Assembly (NCBI GenBank): GCA_951406725.2
Contig: OX597817.1
Span: 174,034,001-174,098,000 of the forward strand
Source: Octopus vulgaris
Taxonomy: Eukaryota
Reading direction: 5' to 3'
Length of the DNA stretch: 64,000 nucleotides
Position 1 is the stretch's first letter; each line of letters begins with the position of its first letter. The notes beneath the pieces were generated by a model. It worked only from the letters and a program-made list of their open reading frames with translations, did no database searches and was not told the origin of the DNA. The translations under genes and the position numbers were made by a program. Shown piece after piece: positions 13,727 through 25,800 of this stretch.

Positions 13727-13945
13727 CACTGGTTTTCAACCAGGGTTCCGTGGAACCTTAGGGTTCCGCCAGTACAGTCCAGGGGTTCTGCAAGAAGTTA
13801 CAAAACTGCTAAAATCGGCAGTAATTTTTAATTCTCCTGTGCAGATATGTGTGCATAAGACTATTAAATTATTGCACAGGGGTTCCTCGAGCCAGTGGAA
13901 TGTTTCCTTGGGGTTCCGCTCCAGCAAAAAGTTTGAAAAGCACTG
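13727..13945. mobile_element. hAT (Charlie-type) MITE
   Basis: TIR CACTGGTTTTCAAC / TTTGAAAAGCACTG; 8-bp TSD GTCTAGAT (13719-13726) / GTTTAGAT (13946-13953); subterminal GGGTTCCG repeats. Confidence 0.85.
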
Positions 13946-15009
13946 GTTTAGATGTTGTAGGCTACCAGCACTTCCACTGAAACCTGACTCCATATTATTG
14001 TCATCATCACGAGCACTTTAACCCTTTTGCTTTCAGATTTCCCTGCCAAATGTATTATCTTGCATTTTTAGAATGGCATTGTAGGGTAGGTCAGAGAAGT
14101 TGGATCTGGTCAGTTTTAACATAAAACATGTATAACATTTGGGCTGTACATGGCTGGATTAAATGCTAAAGGATTAATTAAAAACAAAATTATTGTAAAA
14201 ATTAAAATTGGGGCTCCTGAGGTGGATATCCCCATTCAGCATTCAACTTTTAAACTCTGAACTCATATTAGCGTTACTCTCTATGTTGTACAGGCAATGA
14301 ATTTCTTTTACATGGAAACATTTTTTTGAAAGTTTCTAAAAGAGGCATGAAATTTGGTTTGGTAATGATGGGTAAATGCAACAGTGAACATCCTTTCTAC
14401 ATGGCTCATTAACATCCATCATTGCACACTGAAATTCTTGGTTATATTCAGGATTCCTCTTTATTTTGTAAATTTGGTGTTTATTTATGTATTGGCATGT
14501 TAACACACCAACAACGGAAATACCAGTACAAGGAGATAACAGCAGAAGATTTTATGCTCAAGAATATGGTTTGAGGAAGAATGTGCTTAAGTTCAACCAT
14601 TCCATACAAACTAAGTAGTAAGCATAAGGAATATAGTAATAGTGTGGCATTGAGAGGTTTAGTAAATATAACCTTTGTTCTCCATCCTTACATTGACGAG
14701 AACTTGAAGAGGAATTTCGAAAAAAATGTGATAAATTAGAGGAAAGAGGAATATAGGGAAATATATTTGTACCAAAATGGTAGAATAACAAGGAATTCAG
14801 TACATTGTAAGAACAGAAGGTTGTTACCAGTTCATGAAAAGGCAGGGTTTATCAGTGCAGACAGAAAACATCCACTGTACTGGGAATTCTATTTGATTAT
14901 AATGACAAAATTTTAGAATTTCCTAGGTTTTGAAGATGATTAGTTCAGCATTCATCTACATATGGAGATGCAATACTTGGACACATCATTAACGTTGTAT
15001 TCTGAACTT

Positions 15010-15290
15010 CTGGGTATTTTGGGTCTTACAACATGCACCATCATCTCAGTGACCCAATTCAAGTCAATCAAGCCTAGGTTTTTGTCGGTAACATTCTACT
15101 GACCTCCACCAATCACTTCTTTTCAGGTAGTGCCATCTTGATGCTTTCTCAACAGCTTCAACATTATTTTTGATGGTTCATCTTCGGCAAGCTCCTGAAA
15201 TACTCAGTTTCATAGGCCTTAATCAGTACAGTCTGCAAACCTTCAGCTGCCAACCTCCACTGGCAAAAATCTCATTCACTTATTCTTGTG
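15010..15290 (-). pseudogene. 3' fragment of a restriction-like-endonuclease LINE (HERO/NeSL-like)
   Basis: Minus-strand peptides VEVGS*RF (cf. VEVGCRGF) and NNVEAVEKASRWHYLKR (cf. EAAEKASRWLWLKR). Confidence 0.65.
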
Positions 15291-15865
15291 GCAGTCCTCT
15301 ACCAATTCCTGGTCCTTAGTTCTTTTTCTCTCTTGAGCCCCTTCCACACTTTTTCTCCCAGGATACACTTAAATGTTTTCCAAGCTTCTTTTTGTCTTTT
15401 TGTTTATGATCAGATGTTGTCTTATAGGATGCATTCTGCTATTGCTAAACTGATTTTCTTTTCTTTTGCAACATTTTACTACTTTATTTACATTTGACAT
15501 TTTCACTACAGATGACTGTTCTTGTTTCATTTCTAGCTTTGTGGTCAACTGACCGAGTACATTATTTTAGTCAAATGTTTTCTGCTAAAATAAGTTGCTT
15601 TTTTTTGTTTTTGTTTTGTTTATTTCTTGCCATAAAGTAGTTTCATTCTCTTTTTCTACGAAGAGATTGCTGCCATTTGTTAATGAGAAGACTTTTGCTC
15701 ATCTGTCAGTCCTTCCTTTGGTGCTTATCCAGACATAACAGTTGCTATTGTGTTATCTATAGCCAGTGGTTATTTTAAATCATTTATCGATTAATACATT
15801 GAAATAGTGCTGATGATAGTGCCAGCCAATGAACTGTGGCTACCCTGGTGCAACACTATTAAAAA

Positions 15866-15929
15866 CAGATCCCAGCAGGACTTGAACCAATGGTTTTCAA
15901 ACCACTTTACTGACTAAGCTAGGTGATGG
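15866..15929 (-). pseudogene. Degenerate tRNA-like sequence (pseudogene or SINE head)
   Basis: Minus strand A-box-like TAGCTTAGTCAG, B-box GGTTCAAGTCC, then TTTTT; anticodon arm truncated and acceptor stem poor. Confidence 0.45.
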
Positions 15930-16539
15930 ATACTATTCATCTGTAAGAATCAGTCATTTAATCTGTTATTACAAATTTATTTCCTGGATGTTAAGCCATT
16001 TAGAAACTGACTTCATTAAGGAATAAAAAAGTTACTCTTAAAATTTTAAATCTAATTAAAGGACTCTGAAAATTTTAATCTAATTAAAGGACTCTGAAAA
16101 TGTACTTTGGTAATATGATGGAAGTGTTCTTCTGTAAGGTCACTGCGTAATTGTCTTGTTGAATTAAACATGAAATATTTTAGATGAATCCTTGAATTTT
16201 ATTGAATCGTCATAGGAACGAGAAAATGAAAATTAAGAATCTAGAAGCTAAAATTTCCTGTGAGTTTAGTACCTGCAGTTCTGTGCTTTCCATCTCCACT
16301 ATATTTAGTTAACTGTTCATTATTTAGGATCAATAAAATAAGTAACAGTTGCATTATATAACTAGAAAAGCACTCGGAGAGTGCAGACCTCCACCAAACC
16401 AGCAGGAGCAGTACTACAACGATGACGACAACCACCACCACTACCACCTATCACAGTCACCACCACAACTATCAACATCATCAACATCATCGTCATTGCT
16501 TCCATTTCAGCCACATACATCACCACCACCATCTAGGGA

Positions 16540-16830
16540 TCATATGAATGCCGTGAAATCACTTTCCTCCTTTATGTGTGTCTGGCACGATGTTGAAGAG
16601 AGCAGGACCAATTGAGGTGAAATAGTTCTGTCATAGTGTTGTGATACGACACGAACATTTCTGTAGTGGACGGAAGGCACAGGGGCCAAGCCTCAAACAA
16701 ATTCTAAAGATGGGCAATGTTGATGGAATATTTTCCACATCACAGAGCTCACAGTGGCGATGGAGGCAGCAAAGCCTGAGCTTTTTGAGTCAATCCCAAT
16801 AGTCAAGGCTTTTCATGTTGTCCTCTGCAG
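16540..16830 (-). pseudogene. CR1/L2-type LINE ORF2 C-terminal fragment
   Basis: Minus strand MKSLDYWD*LKKLRLCCLHRH, MWKIFHQHCP, NYFTSIGPALFNIVP. Confidence 0.65.
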
Positions 16831-16879
16831 ACGTCCACCAAGCAGCTCATTTTAGGTTAGATACGGGAGTAAAATTAGT

Positions 16880-17192
16880 AATAGAGAAACGAAAAAAAAA
16901 TTTAGAAACAACAACGCTACCATAGGTTATGCGCAAACGATGAATGCGTTTTCAAGGGAGATAATCAAAGAACGTAACATTGTAATACTTCATGTAAAGT
17001 AAATATAACAAATGAAAATTCCTTCAAGAATCCATAAAAATTCCTAGATCACTACCAAAATTTCATCATCTGTTCCTTGTGTCATTAGCAGCTGTTCATC
17101 AAATACTGTTCACAACTTTGAGTTATTTTGCACACAGACGGACAAGCCAACACCGATGAAAACATAACCTCCTCCCTTGGCAGAGGTAATAA
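16880..17192 (-). mobile_element. Second HINE-like (Helentron) element
   Basis: Minus strand starts TTATTACCTCTGCCAAGGGAGGAGGTTATGTTTTC...GTCCGTCTGTG, matching the 5' end of 6509-6870; far boundary uncertain. Confidence 0.6.
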
Positions 17193-17595
17193 ATGAACAT
17201 CCACTTGACACGATATATCTCCAGCTACTTAAAACTCTATATTAGGAACACTTTCTCAAATAGCCAGCTCGGTTTAGGATGGAAGATATTAAAAATGAAG
17301 TTTAATGAACCTTTTTGAATTTAACAACTGGTCCAAGACTGATGGATTGAAGAAATTTACTAGTATTTCTTACTTCAGTAAACATTTCTACTTCATGTAG
17401 CTCATGATCTGTATTGGTTTCAGACCTAAGTTGTTATTTCTTGTTGGTAATTTTATTTCTACCTTCAAATATAATGGCAGACTTTTGGGAAGTATTCTTT
17501 ATAACAAGTATTTTGTCAAATGCTAGAATGTCATGGCCAAGTTCTTGGTAAATCAATAACATAGTTTGGTGTTATTACTCAATAACATAATACCA

Positions 17596-17860
17596 ACATC
17601 ATCATCATCATATGTCCATTTTCCATGCTGGCATGGGTTGGACAAACTGACAGGAGTTGGCCTGCTAGAGAGCTGCCCAGGCTACAATTGCCTGTTTTAG
17701 CATGGTTTTTATGGCTGGATCCCCTTCCTAATACCAACTGCTTAACAAAGTGTACCGGGTGCTGTTTACATAGCACCAGCCTATGTGTTTTTCATGCAGA
17801 ACTGGCATGGGTGCTTTTTATGTAGCACCAGCATGGGTGCTTTTTATATGACACCAAAAT
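17596..17860 (-). mobile_element. SINE family C (V-domain-like core AGGAAGGGCATCCAGC, (GAT)n tail)
   Basis: Copies at ~3255-3425, ~8180-8320, ~22000-22220, ~31105-31325, ~46225-46540 (nested in a family A SINE), ~48915-49150. Confidence 0.7.
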
Positions 17861-18089
17861 AGGTGCTATTACTTGATGATCAAGTAAGAATCAGAAATTA
17901 GAAAAGACCTTTCCTTCCTCCTATTAAAAGATCAATTTTGAAACCCTTTATATCAACTTTAATATTTGTTATTATTGATTAAGGTATATTATGAATTCAC
18001 TTTTGATAACTGAAATTGAATTTTACTCATATTAAAAATGTAACTTTTACTGATTGAAATGTTTTTTCCCCTTTTTTTCTTTTCTCAAG

Positions 18090-18198
18090 AATGGCAAAAG
18101 CTTCCATGTCCATGACCAAGTGAGATTTGCAAAGGAAATATTACCATTGTACTTCAAACACAACAACATTGCCAGTTTTATTCGGCAACTGAATATGT
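18090..18198 (+). CDS. HSF1: Internal coding exon of a heat shock transcription factor (HSF DNA-binding domain, equivalent to exon 2 of HSF1)
   Basis: Polypyrimidine tract and AG (18088-18089), then AAT GGC AAA AGC TTC CAT... = [36 protein letters not shown]+T, then GTAAG donor at 18199. FKHNNxASFxRQLNMY is the HSF recognition-helix signature. The length (109 nt) and phase 0/1 boundaries match vertebrate HSF1 exon 2 as I recall it. Paralog assignment is inferred. Confidence 0.95.
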
Positions 18199-18562
18199 GT
18201 AAGTTTCTTCAGCTATTTACTTTTTAACCCTTTTTTTTTATTACCATTTTATCTGTTGATATAGATTGCTGTTGTTTCAATTAATTTCGGAAATAATGAA
18301 GACATTAGGAAAATAACTTTGTTACTAATCTAGTGCCTGGAACATGAATTAGCATGAAATTTAGATGGAAGGTTTTTCATTCAAGAAGTTTGTATCAGTG
18401 ACCAAGCAGGTTGATACCAAAAGGGTCAAACAGTTTCTGAGTCCTTCATGAAGAAATACTAACAATACAATCCGTTAGTCTATTCTTCTTTGTATACCGT
18501 GCAGCATTTTGATTTTAGTTTTTCAAAGTTTTGATATAGTTTTGGAAAGATTCATCATTTAA

Positions 18563-18762
18563 CCCTTTCGTTACTGTATTTATTTTCAGATGCTCTGTGT
18601 TTCTTTCAGTTACTTTTAGTAAAATAACTTATCATTCAGCCAGTGTCAGGAACATAAATTGTGACTAAGGTTTGGTGGAAGATTTTAATTCAAAACTTAT
18701 GAAAACAAGACATTTGTACTACAGAGCCAGAGCCGGTTTCAGCCGGGTTGGTAATGATAGGG
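18563..18762. mobile_element. piggyBac-type MITE (family E), complete copy
   Basis: TTAA (18559-18562, 18763-18766); TIR CCCTTTCGTTAC / GTAATGATAGGG. Other copies at ~2165-2362, ~18225-18430, ~37262-37483, ~53797-54024. Confidence 0.85.
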
Positions 18763-19364
18763 TTAACATACACGTTCCATGCTGGCATGGGTTAGATCTG
18801 GTGAGTCCAAAAGTTGCATCATGCTCCAGTATTGTTTCTGCAGCTGGATCCCCTTCTTAGCACCAATCACTTTATTGTGTGTACTGGGTGCTTTTGTTGC
18901 CATGCAGCTTGCAGGACTAAGAACCCTGGGGAAGGTGGGAGTCAGCTCTGTGACTGTTAATGTATGAAAGGGGTTGCTGAGCAGGTTCTTGTTGAGGATT
19001 TGTGGCTACTTACATTTAATAGAAGAAGGGCAGAAAAAGAGAAATGATCAGTTGGCATGGCAAAGAGTTGAGTGTTACAAATTTAACAAAGATATACTAA
19101 AAAGTAGTATGAATACCAAATGATATTGTTAGGATGCTGTTTTACTGTGGTTATTTGCCTTGAAAAATCCTCTCACATAAATGTCTAGTGCTAAGAAACA
19201 GAAATATCAGTAGCAGATAAGAATGGTTCTCTACTCTTACTGGATAATTCTCACCTGCTGCAAATATTTTTCTGCTTCTTAGCGCTAGACATTTATATTA
19301 CACCACAGTAATACTGCAGTTTTACAATACATTCATGTTAAGTAGGATGTAAAGATTGCCATTA

Positions 19365-19519
19365 GGAAGTAGGACAGTGGTAAGAAGCTTACTTCCCAAC
19401 CACATGGTTCTGGGTTCTGTCCTACTGTGAGGCACCCTGGGCAAGTATCTTCTACTATAGCCTTGGGCTGACCAAAGCCTTGTGAGTGGATTTGGTAGAC
19501 AGAAACTGAAAGAAGCCTG

Positions 19520-19560
<41 letters not shown>

Positions 19561-20083
19561 TACACACATATATATACATATATATACTAGCAGTATCGCC
19601 CGGCGTTGGTTGGGTTTGTAAGGGAAATAACTATATAAGAATTTTTAGAGAGTTACTTCCCTTATAGATGCCAATTCGGGCTTTCTTAGCCATTTCTGTT
19701 TTGGTGTCTTCAAGCCATGAAGTCGTTGTTCTAAAAGAACGCTGGTCTCCTTGACAACGCTTTACGACGTTGATTTCCTTACACTCCCTTCCCCACAGCT
19801 TCACGAGGGAGGGAAGAAGGGGGAGAAGCAAACAGGTGCAGGTGTGACCATGGACGCCAACTCCGCCGCCATCGACACACGAAAAATTATGCATTAAAAT
19901 GGAATAAAAAATGATGTTAAATTATTTTTTAAATCGTAGACTCATCGTAGACGCGCACTAATAGCCAGAAGGGCTCGATATGAATCACGACTATAAGATA
20001 CCCGAACTTGGTTAAACTGCACCGCAAAATGTGGGAGTAGTTAGGAATCTAAATCGAAGGGGACAGACACTCACACAACTACA

Positions 20084-20126
<43 letters not shown>

Positions 20127-20458
20127 ATGTCTGTGTTTGTCTCCCCATCACCACTTGACAACTGGTGATGGTGTGTTTATGTCCCCCATAACTTAGCGGT
20201 TCGGCAAAAGACACTGATAGAATACCAGGCTTAAAAAATAAAAAATATATATATGTCTATGTATATGTATGTATTTTTGTCCCCCTCACCATTGCTTGAC
20301 AACCGATGTTGGTGTGTTTACATCCCCATAACTTAGCTGTTGTCAAAAATGACTGATAGAATAAGTACTAGGCTTACAAAGTCCTGGTGTTGATTTGTTC
20401 GACTAAAAGTGGTGCTCCAGCATGGCTGCAGTCAAGTGACTGAAACAAATAAAAGAAT
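19365..20458 (+). mobile_element. SINE family A with a nested Helitron and a partially repeated 3' half
   Basis: Head 19365-19522; 3' half resumes at ~20115 and is repeated at ~20275-20458. Confidence 0.75.
19587..20100 (-). mobile_element. Non-autonomous Helitron
   Basis: On the minus strand it ends CCCAACCAACGCCGGG-CGATACTG-CTAG (GC hairpin, then CTAG at 19587-19590); its 5' end merges into (TA)n; no TSD; relatively CpG-rich. Confidence 0.75.
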
Positions 20459-21639
20459 ATTGATATAGTAGATGACTGTTTTATTTTCTTTGTTAAATTG
20501 AGGTTATATCAAGCACTGTAAGCCCAATAGAGTACACAGGAAAAAGAAGGAATGTTCTTTTCATAATGCAACAGAAATCAACAGTTCATTTCCAGTGAAA
20601 GCAAAAAGGGCGTCTTCCAACTTTCTGACTAGTTATAAGATCCTTGTGTTACTGAATACAGTCAAAAGTTCTTTTTTCATTTGTTTTTTGTGTTATTCCC
20701 ACACCGTGAGAAGTTTATCAAGTTAAAAAGTGTTGCAAGTGTACACAAAAGGAAGGAAAATAAATTCTCTAAGTCTTAACATACTGTGAATGTTTCTGTG
20801 TATTTGTTTATGTTGCCTGACAGAAATTAAGCTAGAGAGAGAGAGAGATAGTGGACAGTCATCATCATTGTTTTAATGTCTACTTTTCCACGCTTACATC
20901 GGTCATATGAAATTCGTTGAGTCAAATTTTCTATTCCTTGATGCTCCTTGTGTTGCAAATGCTTACCTGTTTCCCTAGTCCCCTGAATGCAAAAAGCACA
21001 GTGGCCCGGCACCCTTTCATGGAAGATTGCAAGCAAGTGTAATTGTTTGTATAACAGTGATATTTGTTTACAAGTGTCATGCAGTATGAAGACAAACAGA
21101 AACGTGCAGACACATACACATGGGCTTCTTTTAGTTTCTATCTCTCAAATCCACTTATAAGGCTTTGGCTGACCTGGGGCTGTAGTAGAAGACATTTCCC
21201 CAAAATGCCATTCAGTAGAACTCAGTCCCAAGCAATATGGTTGTGAAGCAAACTTTTTAACTACACAGCCATGCCTGCACCATTACACTATAATTTTTAT
21301 TTTATTTAATATAATTTTACATACTCTTTTACTTGTTTCAGTCATTTGACTGTAGCCATGCTGGAGCACTGCCTTTAGTTGAGCAAATCGACCCCAGGAC
21401 TTATTCTTTAGAAGCCTAGTACTTATTCTATCGGTCTCTTTTGCTGAACCGCTAGGTTACCGGGATGTAAACACACCAACATTGGTTGTCGGTTACATTC
21501 ATTTAAATGTTATATTTAAACAACACTTTAATCTAGAAAATAAAGGATTGTAGTTATTGATGGTGGTTATTTCTTTTAAAATAGTCATTTATTTAAGTGT
21601 TTTAATTTCTAATGAATATAAAGATCCCCCCCCCTTCCT

Positions 21640-21958
21640 CTTAGTCACAACTGACCGTGAGATTGCACCTAGAAAGTTCCCCTCTGAGGCACAAGTCCAG
21701 GCAAGGTTGTTTGTTAGAGACCAGCAGTTGCCCATGCATACCAGCCTCCCCTCTCCACACCACTGATGTTGTCTAAGAGAAAGACAAAGGCTGATACAGC
21801 TTGGCACCAGTGATTTTGCAACTCATCTCTACAGCTGAGTGAACAGGAGCAATGTGAAGTAAAATTGTCTTGCTCAAGAACACAACACACGGCCCAGTCT
21901 GGGAATTCAACTCACAATCTCACAATTGTAAGCCTGATGCTCTGACCACTGAGTTATG
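21640..21958 (-). mobile_element. tRNA-derived SINE with a CORE-like domain
   Basis: Minus-strand head CTCAGTGGTCAGAGC...GTTGAATTCC, then GTGTTGTGTTCTTGAGCAAGAC; a related head is at 50750-50995. Confidence 0.65.
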
Positions 21959-22604
21959 GCTGTGTGTGTGTGTGTGTGTATGTGTGTGTGTGTGTGTGTG
22001 ATCATCATTATCACACGTCCATTTTCCATGCTGGCATGTGTTGGACGATTTGACAGGAGCTGGCAAGCCAAAGGAATGTGCCAAGCTTTATTGTCTGCTT
22101 TGGCGTCGTTTCTAAGGCCGGATGCCTTTCTTTCTTAACACCAGCCACTTTATGAAGTGTCCTAGGTACTTGTTATGTGGTGCCACTACCAGCAAGGTCA
22201 AGTAATTTGCAATACAAGACCCCTCCCCCCCCCAACTTAGTATGGAGTCGTATTGAGAGAATCAGATTTGTACCAGGTAATGAGAAGCTGAAGTATAATA
22301 GTTGGATGGACAGAAACAGGTGTCTTTCTGTAAAGGAGATAAGTGGTTATCCCAGTGTGGGGAGGGAAGGAGAGAGAGAGAGAGGATGGTGGTGAAAATG
22401 TGTTCAGATGTATCTTCAAGTTACAGGTAGGTGAATATAAATGAAGTGATACTGAGATTTGGACTGGATAGACACACACACACATTGGTAATTCATAATC
22501 AGAGATTACCAATTTAAAAATCCTTGATTTTCATTTTATAGTGTCTTTCATTTACATTTTTATATATTAAGGTATATAACTAGTTTCATTGCAACTTTTT
22601 ATAG

Positions 22605-22808
22605 AGATGTACTCGCATAGCAAGTAATTTGATCTGAGATCGTGTGCTGAAACGAAAACAATTGCAGCGTGGAAGGTGTTTATAAGCCATTTAAGAAACA
22701 CACAAAAGCCGTTCGATTCACTTCAACATTTAAGTTTAATTTGTCAAAATATTTTCGTCGCTAAAATCCGCAACCTGTTCACTGACAAAAATCCGTGCTG
22801 CATCTGCA
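22605..22808 (-). mobile_element. 204-bp non-coding insert with a 9-bp TSD, carrying a hammerhead motif
   Basis: TTTTTATAG duplicated at 22596-22604 and 22809-22817; CpG-rich relative to flanks. Confidence 0.75.
22741..22788 (-). ncRNA. Minimal type I hammerhead ribozyme motif with a G3:C8 swapped core
   Basis: Minus strand TTGTCA-GTGAACA-G-GTTGC-GGATTTTA-GCGAC-GAAA-ATAT-TT-TGACAA: 6-bp stem I, 5-bp stem II, palindromic AAUAUU stem III, UUU triplet. Confidence 0.65.
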
Positions 22809-25800
22809 TTTTTATAGCCTTTTGATAAAAACCTTTTTTCTTTAAAATTTTGTAAACTTTGTTTTATGGTTAGTTGTTTGTAAGTCCTTTAATATCATTA
22901 TTATTATCATTTTCTATGCTGACATGATCTAGGAAAATTGTCATGACCCGTGTCAGTTCTTAATCAGACTTATTGTTCTCCTGGTCAGGTTAGAGAGGCA
23001 CATCTCACTTGTATGTTTCATTCTGGCTTACTTTCTATGGCTAAATGCCCTTTGTCATACAAACCTCTTTACCAAGTATACTGGTGCATTTTAGTAAATG
23101 ATATAAAAAAAAATCACAATAGCATAGCTATAGCATTTACACTTTAATATTAGTAGATTAGACTGCTTAAATGTAGCTCGATGAGTCACATCTGCCATGT
23201 ATATTGTGTGTGTTCAGTCTATATGTACGATTAGTTTGATTACAAAACAAATAGTGTCAGAGGTATCATAAATTTAAGAATCAGAATTGAAGGTTTTTAT
23301 GTACTAACTCTACAGTCCTTGGTTAAATAATATATGTACCATACTTCCTATGTATCTATCCACCTGCTCATCCATCCATCTCTCCCTCCCTCATTAAGTA
23401 TTCAATACACCCTTATGTTTGAAATGTGTTGAGTTTTTATTCAGTCATTTCTTCTTAATCCATTGATGTGCTTAGTTAACCTAAAAGCTGATTGAACAAA
23501 ATCTTGGTTTTGATAGAATCGTAACAGATGCAAACTTCTCACAATTTCAAATATTGTGGCAGTGAAGTTAATTTGGTTATTTAACAGTTTTCAGATATCA
23601 AAACTTGTTTTAAGCATAGGGATCTCTTTACACAAAATAGTTTATTCACCTCTGTCTGTCTAAACAGAAATAGTTCTCTTTCTGCTTGGGTTAACCATCG
23701 TTAAACTACACTTTATCCAGGCTGACTCCTATTTCTTAACTACAAATGGAAAGAGATGGAAATTTATGTTTTAGGAGTCACTTTGATCCAGGAAAATGAT
23801 TTGGTTTCTTGGAAACCAAACTAATTCCTTAAACATTCACCACACAAATAATATAGATAGATAGATAGATAGATATCACTTTTTTTTAAAACATTCCCTT
23901 TTCCATGGTTGTATAGATTGGACAGAATTTTGTTGAAGCAGGTTTTCTATGGACAGCTCAATTCCTGTCACCAGCCTTTACTTGTTTCTAAGCAAGGTGA
24001 TATATTTCTCCATAACCAGATATGTTTTCATGGAAGATAGGGAACGAAAGACACTGCTTGTATGATGTTGGCATTTGCTTGCGACTGTTATGTGATGTCA
24101 AGGCATAGAGGCAATGACATGCACGCAGGCTACAAAAGAAAATAACTTGCCCTAGGTGCTCAGCAGAAGACATTTGCCCAGGCTGCAGGATTGAATCTGG
24201 AGCTATGTGGTTGACAAGCAAACTCCTTACCATGCAGCCATACTTGTGCTAGACAAAGATTTAAATAATTGCAATGGTTAGTGATTAGTTCAGCCATTCT
24301 TTTGGCATATTTGTTGTGATTTTTCATCTGTCTTAAATATGACAGCATGATCTTATCATCTTATAGCTTATCTCAATGTTGTTTAAGTGATTCTATTTAT
24401 ATTAACTAGTTAGTGAAGCACTCAGTGGAGGGATTAACTGATGAATGATTAGAATGCTTACAGCACTGACATGGAGGAAGTTAGGGTTCCAGATTAAAAA
24501 AAAAAAATGTTGATCTTCCATTTGTGAATGCTTCTTCATGAATTCATTTTTGTGACCCCATTATATGCAATTGTTTTGTGTGTGTGTGTGTGTGTGTTTA
24601 TATATAAAAAAATACATCATTGTTTTAATGCCCACTTTTCCATGCTTGCATGGATCAGATGGGGTTTGTTGGGGTAGATTTTCTACAGCCGGATCAACTT
24701 CCTGTTGCTAATTTCCAAGCAAGGTTTTATTTCCTCATAGCCAGACTGTTTTTAAGGAAGATTGGCAATAAACAATGCTCATTTACAACCACCACTTTGT
24801 CAAAACAAGTGCTCTCTCACACACACACATTTCTGTATGTCCATTTGTCTATGATGGTCTTCTTTCAGTTTCCTTTCACCAAATCCACTCAGGGCTGTAG
24901 TCAACTTGGGGTTATAGTAGAAGACACTTGTTGAAGGTACTATACAATGGAACTGAACCTGAAACCACATGGTAGGGAAGTATACTTCTCAACCAACCAC
25001 ACAGCTATGCCTGTGTGCATATGCATGCACATGTGTGCATATGCATTTTAATACTAGTACTTGTATGAATTAACAAATAAAACTGAATTCCACTACTCAA
25101 CAAGGAAGCTTGTATGTGATATTTTAACTCATTAGAAATAGAAGCCTGCTCTCTCCTGTCACATCCTACTGTATAAGTTTTTGTGTTACGAGAAGTGAAT
25201 TCTGGCATTTGATGCATGGCCCTTCTTTGAAAAATAAATGACAAGTTGTTTAACCTTAAGTTATCCCTTATTGATCTAATCTATAAACAAAAACAAAAAA
25301 AAAAATGTTCATGCTATGATCATCGTATCTCTGTGTTATATTATTCAATGTGTCTTTTTATAAAGACCTTTTTGTGGTTTGAAAGCAATTTGCCTATTTC
25401 TTGTAGGTTGAGTATCAATGTTGGGGTTCTCTTGGTTTGATTCAATAGAAAGTATATTGGCATGTTATAAGGAAAATTGAACAAAGTAAGAAAAGGGAGT
25501 GATGGTTAGTCACTGAGACTGGTGGTAGGTGGTCCCTATGAGATAGAACAACATAGAGAAACAGAAATGAAGAGAGAGGTAATGGGTCAGGAGTCAGACA
25601 CATACCTTTGCTGTTAAGAAATTCCCTTTGCAGTCCTGTGATTTCGGGTTTGATTTCACTGCATGGCACCTTAGAGAAGTACCTACTATTATCATAGCCT
25701 CGGGTCAACCAAAAGACTTGTGAAACTGGTTGATGGTTAATTGCATGCAAACCCATTAAAGTAAATATGTATATCAGTTTGGGAGAGAAAATCAGCGTGG

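Noticed and set aside
15866-15929. Functional tRNA gene
   Set aside because: Too short, with no intact anticodon arm or acceptor stem.
16040-16100. Two-copy ~28-bp tandem duplication (similar short duplications near 11204-11250, 59074-59131, 59548-59571, 61875-61928)
   Set aside because: Ordinary slippage or repair duplications; no repeat-spacer periodicity, so not CRISPR-like.
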